The notes under the pieces are model-generated. The model was not told the DNA's origin. It saw only the letters and a list, made by a program, of their open reading frames with translations, and ran no database searches. Shown here in pieces: positions 25,113 to 34,643 of a stretch of 64,000 bases of DNA. The DNA is from Octopus vulgaris (lineage: Eukaryota): assembly GCA_951406725.2 (NCBI GenBank), contig OX597817.1, positions 67,022,001 through 67,086,000 on the forward strand. The letters are read 5' to 3'. Position 1 is the stretch's first letter. Each line of letters opens with the position of its first letter. A program made the translations under genes and the position numbers.

Positions 25113-25326
25113 ATTCTTTTCTACTGTAGGCACAAGGCCCGAAATTTTTGGGGCGGGAGCCAGTCGATTAGATCGATCCCAGTACGCAACTGGTACTTAA
25201 TTTATCGACCCCGAAGGGATGAAAGGCAAAGTCGACCTAGGCGGAATTTGAACTCAGAACGTAAAAACGGGCGAAATGCCGCTAAGCATTTCGCCCGCGT
25301 GCTAACGTTTCTGCCAGCTCGCCGCC
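25113..25326 (-). mobile_element. Full-length SINE family A with TSD
   Basis: Intact head and core; ~18-bp TSD ttagtgaa(g/a)tctagaatt on both sides. Confidence 0.9.
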
Positions 25327-25455
25327 TTAGTGAAATCTAGAATTACATTAATTGTCTATTCTAATGAAGAATACCACATTCTATAAACAGTACATGTTTT
25401 TTGTTTTGTATCTATTGTCCATACATCTAAGTATAGAAAGTGACTATCTTTTATC

Positions 25456-25783
25456 GCAGGCGTGGCTGTGTGGGCAAGAAGCTTGCTTCCCAATCATGTG
25501 GTCCTGGGTTCAGTTTCCCTGTGCGGCACTTTGGGCAAGCATGTTCTAGTATAGCCCCGGATCAACCAAAAGCCTTTTATTTGCGTCTGTTTGTGTTGTC
25601 TTTGTCCCTCACCACCACTTGACAACCGGCTTTGGTTTGTTTATGTCTCTGTAATCTAGTGGTTCGGCAAGAGAGACCCATTGAAGAAGTGTCAGACTTC
25701 AAAAATAAATACTGAGGTCGAATTGATTTCTACGACTAAAACCATTGAAGGCGGTGTCCTAACTTGACAACAGTTCAATGACA
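25456..25783 (+). mobile_element. SINE family B with head (internally deleted)
   Basis: gcaggcgtggctgtgtgggcaagaagcttgc (A box), gggttcagtttcc (B box), ctttgggcaag core, family B 3' half. Confidence 0.8.
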
Positions 25784-25828
25784 GCAGAATATAGTGATTT
25801 CATGGTACAATATTATATTATTGTATAA

Positions 25829-26040
25829 GGCAGCAAGTTGGCAGAATCGTTAGCACGTCGGACAAAATGCTTGGTGGCATTTCGTCCGTCTTTACGTTCT
25901 AAGTTCAAATTCCGCCGAGGTCGACTTTGACTTTCATGTTATCGGGGTCGGTAAAATAAGGACCAGTTGAATGCTAGGGCCGTTACTATCGACTTACCCC
26001 CTCCCCGAAATTGCTGGCCTTGAGCCAAAATTTGAAACCA
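25829..26040 (+). mobile_element. SINE family A (older, alternative tail)
   Basis: ggcagcaagttggcagaatcgttagc..gttcaaattccgccgaggtcgac..ggccttgagccaaaatttgaaacc. Confidence 0.8.
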
Positions 26041-26744
26041 ATGTTATATCATTGTTTTTTTTAAATAATTTTTAATGAGCGAATTTCACAATAAAGCAGA
26101 CACTACTATTTTATTTCTGAAATGAATGGTTTCATCGTGACCGTAGACACTTAGCTTTTTAGGAGGAAGTATATCAGCAAAGTCAAAACTGGATGAATAT
26201 ATCAACGGCTATATTGTTTTGAAAGAATATGTTTAAAATGCATGAGTGACACAGACTGATGATAATGCTATCCACTTAAGAAGGTGAAAGACATTCGACG
26301 TTGATGGAGAAATTAGTTTACTCTCCCGCTCCTTTTGTTGTATTGTTTTCTTGTTGTATACATTAGAGTTGGCACAGAAACTAAATAAAAGGAAGCACTG
26401 GCAATTGTTGACAGGCATCGTAAAGGGATCAGTCATAGTTTCAGGGAAAGAAAGGAAATGTTGTTGTAGCAAGAACCCATCCAATCTCTGTAGACCTGTT
26501 ATTTGAATTAAAGAAAATTAATACAGGAATCGGGTGAAATGCCAGTCAACCATCACAATGTAAGGTCAACCATAGGCGTTGTCAAATTTAAACGAGATAC
26601 CCAAATTCTTGGATCTAGTTGAATTTCTTCCAACCACTTGAAGCTTTTCGAGTTTTTATCAGATTATTTTCAAAAAATTTAGTTCCAGTGTAGTTTCGCA
26701 TATTGATGACTCGCATTCCTTTTTTCCTAGATATTAATAATCGT

Positions 26745-27336
26745 TTCTTATTTCTTTATTGCCCACAAGGGGCTAAACATAGAGGGGACAAACAAGGACA
26801 AATAGAAATTAAGTCGATTACAACGACCCCAGTACGCAACTGGTACTTAATTTATCGACCCCGAAAGGATGAAAGGCAAAGTCGACTTCGGCGGAATTTG
26901 AACTCAGAACGTAACGGTAGACGAAATACCTATTTCTTTACTACCCACAAAGGGCTAAACACAGAGGGGTCAAACAAGGACAGACAAACGGATTAAGTCG
27001 ATAATATCGACCCCAGTGCGTAACTGGTACATATTTAATCGACCCCGAAAGGATGAAAGGCAAAATCGACCTCGGCAGAATTTGAACTCAGAACGTAGCG
27101 GTAGACAAAATACGTATTTCTTTACTACCCACAAGGGGCTAAACACAGAGGGGACAAACAAGGACGGACAAACGGATTAAGTCGATTATATCGACCCCAG
27201 TGCGTAACTGGTACTTATTTGATCGACCCCGAAAGGATGAAAGGCAAAGTCGACCTCGGCGGAATTTGAACTCAGAACGTAACGGCAGACGGAATACCGC
27301 TAAGCATTTCGCCCGACGCGCTAACGTTTCACCGCC
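26745..27336 (-). mobile_element. Head-to-tail trimer of SINE family A
   Basis: Three ~185-bp body+tail units; only the first carries the head. Junctions tail aaagaaata|(g/c)gtattt at ~27114 and ~26930. Confidence 0.9.
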
Positions 27337-27499
27337 TTAGTAGAAAGGATTAATAATCCTTTCTACTAAAGGAACAAGGCCTGAAGTTTCGGAGGAGGGA
27401 ACAAGTCAAATACATTGACCCCTGTGTTTCACTGGTATTCAATTTATCGACCGCGAAAGGATGAAAGGCAAAGTCGATCTCGGAGGAATTTGAACATGT

Positions 27500-28150
27500 G
27501 TGTGTGTCCCACTACCGCTTGACAATCGGTGTTGGTTTTTTTTTTTACATCCCGTAACTAAGTGGCTCGGAAAAGGCACCGATAGAATAAGTACCAGGTT
27601 TTAAAACAATAAGTCCTGGAGTCGATTCGTTCGTCAAAAAGTTCCTCAAGGTGCTGCCCCAGCATGGCTGTAGTCAAATGAGTGAAGCAAGTAAAAGATA
27701 AAAGATAAAGATAAACCTTTGGAGAAAAAAAACTTCCCGAATTCAACTTTGATTTGTAATAAAATATATTGTTTTAGTTTAAGTCGTAATATGGAGCAAA
27801 GGTCGCAGTTAAATTTAGTAAGGAAGGCAGTTGAAAGCATTAACTGTTAGACATTTGGACATCGTTTGTTGAATGTAAGAACGGAAATTGTGGAAGCTCG
27901 TCGTGTGTGTATGTGTGTGAGTGCATGTACATGTGTATCTGTTTGTGTTTTTCCGCCCCACTACTTGATAACTGGTGTTGGTTTGTTTACATCCCTGTAA
28001 TCTAGCGGTCCGGTCAAAGAGACCCATGGAATAGATACCAGGCTTTAAAAAAACTAGTACTGGAGACGTTTTATTCGACTAAACCTTTTCAAAGTGGCAT
28101 TCCAGGATGGCTGTAGTCCAATGACTAAAACAAGTCAAAAATAAAAGATA
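27500..28150 (+). mobile_element. Two 3' halves of SINE family B
   Basis: ccgcttgacaa.cggtgttgg..gatagaataagtaccagg..cagcatggctgtagtc..aagtaaaagataaaag at 27500-27712 and again at 27880-28150. Confidence 0.75.
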
Positions 28151-29323
28151 CAATGATGTCATACAAGAAGTCATAAAGTGCCACACGAGGCCCGAGTGTT
28201 GGAAGTTGCTCTTACTTCTCTCGTACAGAATCCTTCGTTGCTAGTTTTCGATTTTGTTATATTTGTTTGCAGTACACTCTTTTTTAACATGTGTTTTGAT
28301 GATTCTAAAATACCGTAGATTAGATGTTTTTAGAGGATGGATCGCTCGTGGTTAGGTGTGTTGTGTAAACGTCCAAAAACTTGAATAATTAACCGAGTGA
28401 ATAGAATGTTGATTAAAAAGCATTACATTCGGTCTTCTAAGATCTGAGTTCAAATCCCAAGATTCAGCTTCATTTTAGATTTCTTCAGAGTCGACTGAGC
28501 AAGTAACAGTAATACACGGTGACTGTATCAAACAGTGAAAGGCTCACACCAACGAGAAGGAATCGAAACGCCGCTAGATCAGCTAGAAATAACAGCTAAA
28601 ATTCACTCCCTTTTTTAAAAAAAGGAAACAACTATCGGTAATATAGTCTTAGACACTCTAAAATGTGGAGGGGATAGCTATAGTTGGAACATTTTTGATT
28701 CCTAGTTTTCACTCGTCAGAAATGACTAAAGGTGCTTAACGATAACAAGAACAATAATAGAACTCTCCCTTACAATGTCTTTTCACTGATGTAACCTTGA
28801 GATCACATCTAAATTAGATCATTTTACAAGGGAGAAAAATAAAAAGTAAAATCAATAACGTGATGACAACAACAGTAACAACAACAAGCAGCAGCAGCAG
28901 CAACAACAAGAATATCTCATGATACCCCCCACCCCACCATTAAATGGATGTTTACTATGAAGTGTCTTGAGTTCTTGTTTTGCAATTGAGATCTTCAAAC
29001 AAAACAATCCAATTATTCTGCTTTAAATAATTAAATGGATGATGTCCTTACAACAGTTAATAACAACTCTCTCCACCATCACTCATTCTAGAAAATAAAA
29101 AACAACTCAAAAACGGTAAATATAAGTACAAAATTATTTCCTATATAAATAGGCTCAGACAAAAATCACTCAAATGCGCACGCACACATACCTCTATTAT
29201 ACACAGTTATACATCTTTCTCCCTTTCACTCCCCCCACTTTCTCTCACACACATGCAATACACTTCTCCCTCGTGCAGTCAAAAGCATACATGTGAGTAT
29301 GCACATATTTTCTGTTATATCAA

Positions 29324-29556
29324 GGCGGCGGCGAGCTGGCAGAATCGTTAGCACGCCGGGCGAAATGCGTGGCCGTATTTCGTCTGCCGTTACGTTCCGA
29401 GTTCAAATTCCGCCGAGGTCGACTTTGTCTTTCATCCTTTCGGGGTCGATAAATTAAGTACCAATTACGCAGTGGGGTCGATATAATCGACTTAATCCAT
29501 TTGTCTGTCCTTGTTTGTCCTCTCTGTGTTTAGACCCTTGTGAGAAGTAAAGAAAT
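29324..29556 (+). mobile_element. Full-length SINE family A with TSD
   Basis: Near-identical to 8287-8518; ~16-bp TSD acatattttct(g/a)ttata. Confidence 0.9.
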
Positions 29557-29869
29557 ACATATTTTCTATTATAAAATACATAATCGCTTATAAGGTGCAG
29601 GCATGGCTTGTGAGATTACGAAGCCTACTGCGAGTTCAGTACTACTGCACTGCACTTTGGGGATATATGTATCGTGGGTTAGGTAGATGTGGTTTACACT
29701 AACTAAAACTTTATTAATTACTAAATTTAGAAGTAAATGATAGCCATAGCTTTTCATGATAAAAATGTAAAGCCTTGTTTTAGTGTACAAGTCTGTAACT
29801 GCTTTATATTTTCATTTCATCAAAATTTCCCTACGACATGCAAATTAGATTTCGTCGTGCAAACGTACA

Positions 29870-30075
29870 CTCTTTTACTCTTATACTTGTTTCAGTCATT
29901 TGACTGTGGCCATGCCGGAGCACCGCTTTTAGTCGAGCAAATCGACCCCGGGACTTATTCTTTGTAAGCCCAGTACTTATTCTATCGGTCTCTTTTGCCG
30001 GACCGCTAAGTGACGGGGACGTAAACACACCAGCATCGGTTGTCAAGCAATGCTAGGGGGTCAAACACAGACACA

Positions 30076-30152
<77 letters not shown>

Positions 30153-30313
30153 TATAAATATATACATATATACGACGGGCTTCTTTCAGTTTCCGTCTAC
30201 CAAATCCACTCACAAGACATTGGTCGTCCCGGGGCTATAGCAGAAGACACTTGCCCAAGATGCCACGCAGTGAGACTGAACCCGAAACCATGTGGTTGGT
30301 TAACAAGCTACTT
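29870..30313 (-). mobile_element. Young SINE family B with internal (CA)n, lacking its first ~20 nt
   Basis: Very similar to 48208-48622, but plus-strand aagctactt is followed by foreign sequence instead of accacaca. Confidence 0.9.
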
Positions 30314-31903
30314 TATTTTATCTAATTTGCCACAGGGGCATTACACAGATGTAGCTTTGCGGGCTGGACATAAACATTAATGGTATGAATGATGGTGATG
30401 GAACGAAGATGATGATGGGAGAAGACGAAAGCGCCCGCCGACTTCCGCTTCTCCAAAACAATGTTCTTTTTTCAACAAATCATAATGAGGCAATAAACCT
30501 CTTACAATGTTCTTTTAAAATATACAGAAAGTTCAGGTATCAATATAATACAATGTTCCTTCAAAATATACAAAAAGTTCAGGTCACCCGGCCGACCAGC
30601 GCTCTTGCTTCATTGAAGCACTCAGCCGGTTCCAGGCCAGACCACACAAGTACAAATCCATAGGTGTCCGCCGGGAAGGAATTCGCGATCCTGCACAGAT
30701 CATTTTCCCATAGGACCTCCGCAGCTACCTGCGAAGGCCACTTAGGGTCTTCCGTGCAGGACTGAAGTCCCTCCCATTGGCCCCTCCTTTTCATTTTCCT
30801 TATTTCGTTCTCAATGGTCCCTCCTTTGTGGAAGAGGACCACATATCTGACCCCTGGCAGCACATCCGCCTGAGGAGGATCGGGACACGCCGTCTGCGTG
30901 TCACAATCCGCCGGCGGCGTCCCGTTTCTCTTTTTTCGTTTTTTCTTTTTTCCCTGGGCCGCGGGAGGTTGAGGTTCCTGTGGTGCACACAACGGGTCCT
31001 CTTTTTCTCTCGCAGCTCCCGGGTCTTTCGGTGGGTCACCATTGTTGTCCACCTTTCTTTTACGTTTTGAGGATGTAACAACCTCCTCGTCACTCTTCTG
31101 CTTCTCTCCCTCCATTGGAGGGGCAGGGAGAGATTCCACCATTAACTGCTCCAGGATCCTACTTTGGTCCCTGGGGCAGTTCTTCTTAATGTGGCCGGTT
31201 TCCAGGCACAGGTGACACTTGGGGGGGGGGGGCGTCCCTCAAGCATCACCGGATACCTGGACTCGGCCATCCTCAAGAAATCTGGAAAAACCAGACTTTC
31301 GGCTGATTGGGTTCATAGGGTCAAAACAGCTTTCGACCACTCCCAATCAGCCGCAGGCAACATTTTAACACTCAGCAACTTGGTATTGCTACCAACCAGA
31401 CCCCGGCGGATAGAGTCCTCTATCCACTCGGGCTCAACTCCGGGTGGTAGGCCACAGATCCAAGCTTTTGATAGATTGTTTCCCATATAAATTGGCAAAA
31501 ATAATATTTCTTTGCCATCAAGGGGCTGGCTTGCAAAATCGGAAGCTTCTTGTGGGGGAGTCAAATAGCAACACTTATCCTTTAACACTTCTTTGAGGGG
31601 GAACACCTTCACATCGTTCCCCGCCTTTTGAGTATTTCCTTGAACTTGCTCAATTCTTCTAAACTTATGTCTTCCATTTTTCCTTTTGTCGCTGCAGTAT
31701 AATTCCTTGTTTCCAATACTTCGTCAATTTTCTTCAAACATTTTACCGTTTCTTCCTCAGACGACACAAAGTCTGAAGAAAAATAATTCAAACCTTCACA
31801 ACTCCTCACACGGCGCCCCTCCATTAAACAAGAGGGAAAACGTCGCACCGCCATGACAACCAAAAAACACGTGTGTTACACTCAAAATCCATAATCCAAC
31901 TGA
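30314..31903 (-). mobile_element. ORF1-only (HAL1-like) retroelement, copy 2, apparently full length (~1.6 kb)
   Basis: Initiator-like TCAGTT at 31903, ~45-nt 5' UTR, one reconstructable ORF, ~265-nt 3' UTR ending gcccctgtggcaaattagataaaataaag. No RT or endonuclease sequence, no LTRs. Confidence 0.75.
30579..31854 (-). pseudogene. ~425-aa ORF1/gag-like nucleic-acid-binding protein with CCHC knuckle (3 lesions)
   Basis: Track ORFs 31609-31863, 31313-31612 and 30579-31142 join through a frameshift at ~31610, a TGA at 31313-31315 and a frameshift in the G12 run at 31221-31232. Motifs WICGLPPGV (RRM-like), EGRPPKCHLCLETGHIKKNCP (CX2CX4HX4C) and KKKKRKKR. Confidence 0.75.
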
Positions 31904-32049
31904 CAAACACTATAAACAGTTAAATTCTATTTTTAAATGACTTCCTTCGAGAGTTGCATTCGGTACGATGTGTTTATTTATCTTAGTAGTTTTGACTTTA
32001 AGAGTCCCTCCTAGCGTGTGGCATTTATGTGTAGCAATGCCCTCTATAT

Positions 32050-32440
32050 AATATAAATATAAATATATTTTCGTTCGGCTTAACAGCCCTTCTTGTTATT
32101 TAACCTGTCCTATCTTTTACTGCTTATATTTTGTACTGTCGTTACTGTCCTGTTTTTGTTACCATTTTTACCCCTCTGCAAAAAGATCTCAAATTTTATT
32201 TGATTTGCTTTTCGTAGGAAGGAAAGTTTCTATCGAAGATACGTCTCGCCTTCACCTTCGAAACGTAGAGTAGATGAAACCATGGCGACTGAAGAGGGTT
32301 TTTTTTTCCTTGTGTTATTTGTCCTGTACTCTATTTTTTTGTTGTTTGGGGAAAATGTCCAGTTCCTTGGGTTTGTGTCTATGTTTTCGTTTCTCATTGT
32401 GTTCGACGTTTTTTTTTTTTTGGTGTCCTGTGCCCATATG
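32050..32440 (+). repeat. Non-coding dispersed element embedded in (TA)n, related to 54990-55530 (-) and 48730-48790 (-)
   Basis: Shared T-rich layout, ctgtcc blocks, cGAAA..actgaaga and a gtcctgt(a/g)c end abutting TA microsatellites. Class uncertain (possibly Penelope-derived). Confidence 0.45.
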
Positions 32441-32479
32441 TGCGTGTATATATACATGTAGAGGTAGGTACGTACATAT

Positions 32480-32550
32480 ATGTATATATATATATGCATA
32501 TGTTTTATTTATTAATATATATATATATATATATGCATATGCTTTATTTA

Positions 32551-32593
<43 letters not shown>

Positions 32594-32624
32594 ATATATA
32601 TATATTATATATATATTATATATA

Positions 32625-32686
<62 letters not shown>

Positions 32687-32695
32687 TATCTCTAC

Positions 32696-32750
<55 letters not shown>
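32480..32750. repeat. Compound (TA)n/(CA)n/(GA)n microsatellite
   Basis: Direct reading. Confidence 0.97.
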
Positions 32751-32753
<3 letters not shown>

Positions 32754-33553
32754 GGGACGGAGAATGATTTGGTGATGGATCAGTAGAACTAAAATGATGT
32801 AGGAAAAAATGACCTAAGGGAAGTAGCTCAAGTTGATCAATGACACTAAGCAGAAAAAATTTATTAGAGTGAAATGACATTAAATGAAGCTCCTCTTTTA
32901 AAAACACAACGTACTACCCGGGCAAAAAATCGAATCCGCGACTTTATGATCGTAGCTGATAATCCCCTGCAAAATATTTCTGGGTGTTTCTTTAATTAAA
33001 TCTATTTACTTATATGTTTGTTCTACTTTATACGACAATTTTAATTAAAAGATATTTATTAGTCAAACATAGACAAACAGTAAGCTACAATTTTATTAAA
33101 GAGTATAAAAAAGATTGTGTGTCGTTCATCCTTGTATCGAAGGTATTATTCAAGAGTATGTATTTTATAGAATATTAAAGGAGAACTCCAATCAGAATGA
33201 CCAGATTGATAATATACTGCTGACATGAAAACATGGCATTTAGTAAGTGAGGAAAAAGTTAATAGCTGTTATCCGAGACAGCTAAAATGCCGAACACACT
33301 CATATTATGTGCAAATTAATTAATAGTTCTGCTCTTTAGAACATAAATCTCGTCGCAAATTACTCAATTAATTTAACCTCTCGATCTTTTGTTTCGTGAT
33401 AGTTAGGTTAAATAAATCGTTTTTTCCATGCATAGTGAAACCTTGAAACCCCAAACGAGCAATTTATCAATTTCGGGGGGAATTTCAGCTTGCATAAATC
33501 GCTGTTATTTCCTTATCACCAAATAAATAAATAGATAAATACTACTGCTACTG

Positions 33554-33586
<33 letters not shown>

Positions 33587-33599
33587 TAATAATAATAAT

Positions 33600-33972
33600 C
33601 CTTTTTTTACTATAGGCACAAGACCTGGAATTTGGGGGAGGTGATAGTCGATTATATCGACCCCAGTACTCAAATGGTACTTACTTGATCGACCCCGAAA
33701 CGATGAAAGGCAAACTCGACCGCGGCGGAATTTGAACTCAGAACGTAGTGACGGGCGAAATACCTATTTCTTTACTGCTCACAAGGGGCTACACACAGAG
33801 GGGACAAACACGGACAGACAAACGGATTAAGTCGATTAAATCAACCCCAGTGCGTAACTGGTACTTAATTTATCGACCCCGAAGGATGAAAGGCAAAGCC
33901 GACCTCGGCGGAATTTGAACTCAGAACGTAACGGCAGACGAAATAGCGCTAAGCACTTCGCCCGGCGCACTA
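33600..33972 (-). mobile_element. SINE family A heterodimer between (TAC)n/(TAA)n tracts
   Basis: A unit with tail ..agcagtaaagaaata joins at ggtatttcg (~33764) to a headless unit carrying the alternative tail gtcttgtgcctatag. Confidence 0.85.
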
Positions 33973-34020
33973 ATAATAATGATAACAATAATAATAATAA
34001 TAATAATGATAATAATAATG

Positions 34021-34051
<31 letters not shown>

Positions 34052-34254
34052 GAGCACTCAGAGAGCGCAAACCTCCGCCAACGCAATACCAACGTCCTCC
34101 CAACGATTAACCGGAGATTATTTTTAAAATGAGAATATCTTAAATAAAATCCTTCGATGAATATCATGCGACCTTATGGTTTTCTCTTCTCTTAAATTCC
34201 GGTCTTCCTTTAGTAATCCTGTTGTTTTAGATCGATGTATAGAATCATGTATTT

Positions 34255-34643
34255 ATAAATGAAAGAGTGCATATGGAAAACTAGAACGAAAGGAGTCGCG
34301 ACGGGAACATTCATCTCTGGCCCTGCTTTGCTGTACTACTTTAGATATCATCTGAAGAGCAAGATAAGGTTGGAGAAGAGATGCCTGTCGCGAAGTGTAT
34401 ACGGAAAAAGATGGAAGGATGTCGAAAGGAAGTTGGGGATAAATGACCCTGCTTAATTTGTTTTCTATAGTAAAGTCGTATGGTGTAGCCGGTGGACTTC
34501 CCGGCCAAGGGTAAAATTTTTTAATCCTAATCATTATATATTATATTTTTAAAGTTATATTAATCGAACTTATGATCACTATTTGTTTGTAATATCTTGT
34601 GCTGTCCCCTCTATGTAAGATATAATTTATTATAATAAAGAAT
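34255..34643 (+). mobile_element. 5'-truncated L1/Tx1-type LINE 3' end
   Basis: KECIWKTRTKG..TFISGPALLYYFRYHLKSKIRLEKR..KRW resembles the C-terminus of L1/Tx1 ORF2 (IW..R motif). The 3' UTR ends tgtcccctctatgt..aataaagaat. Confidence 0.6.

Noticed and set aside
26745-27336. Regularly spaced repeats resembling a CRISPR array
   Set aside because: Units are whole ~185-bp SINE bodies with no unique spacers, in a eukaryotic context with no cas genes.
30579-31854. Host gene or LTR-retrotransposon gag
   Set aside because: No introns, LTRs, PBS or protease; a dispersed diverged second copy and a LINE-like 3' end favour a non-LTR derivative.
32255-32300. GAAA..CTGAAGA as a permuted hammerhead (similar order at 55085-55125, minus strand)
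   Set aside because: I could not form convincing stems I and II.
32230-32907. ORFs of 70-170 aa rich in YI/ER/SL
   Set aside because: Translations of (TA)n, (CA)n and (GA)n microsatellites.
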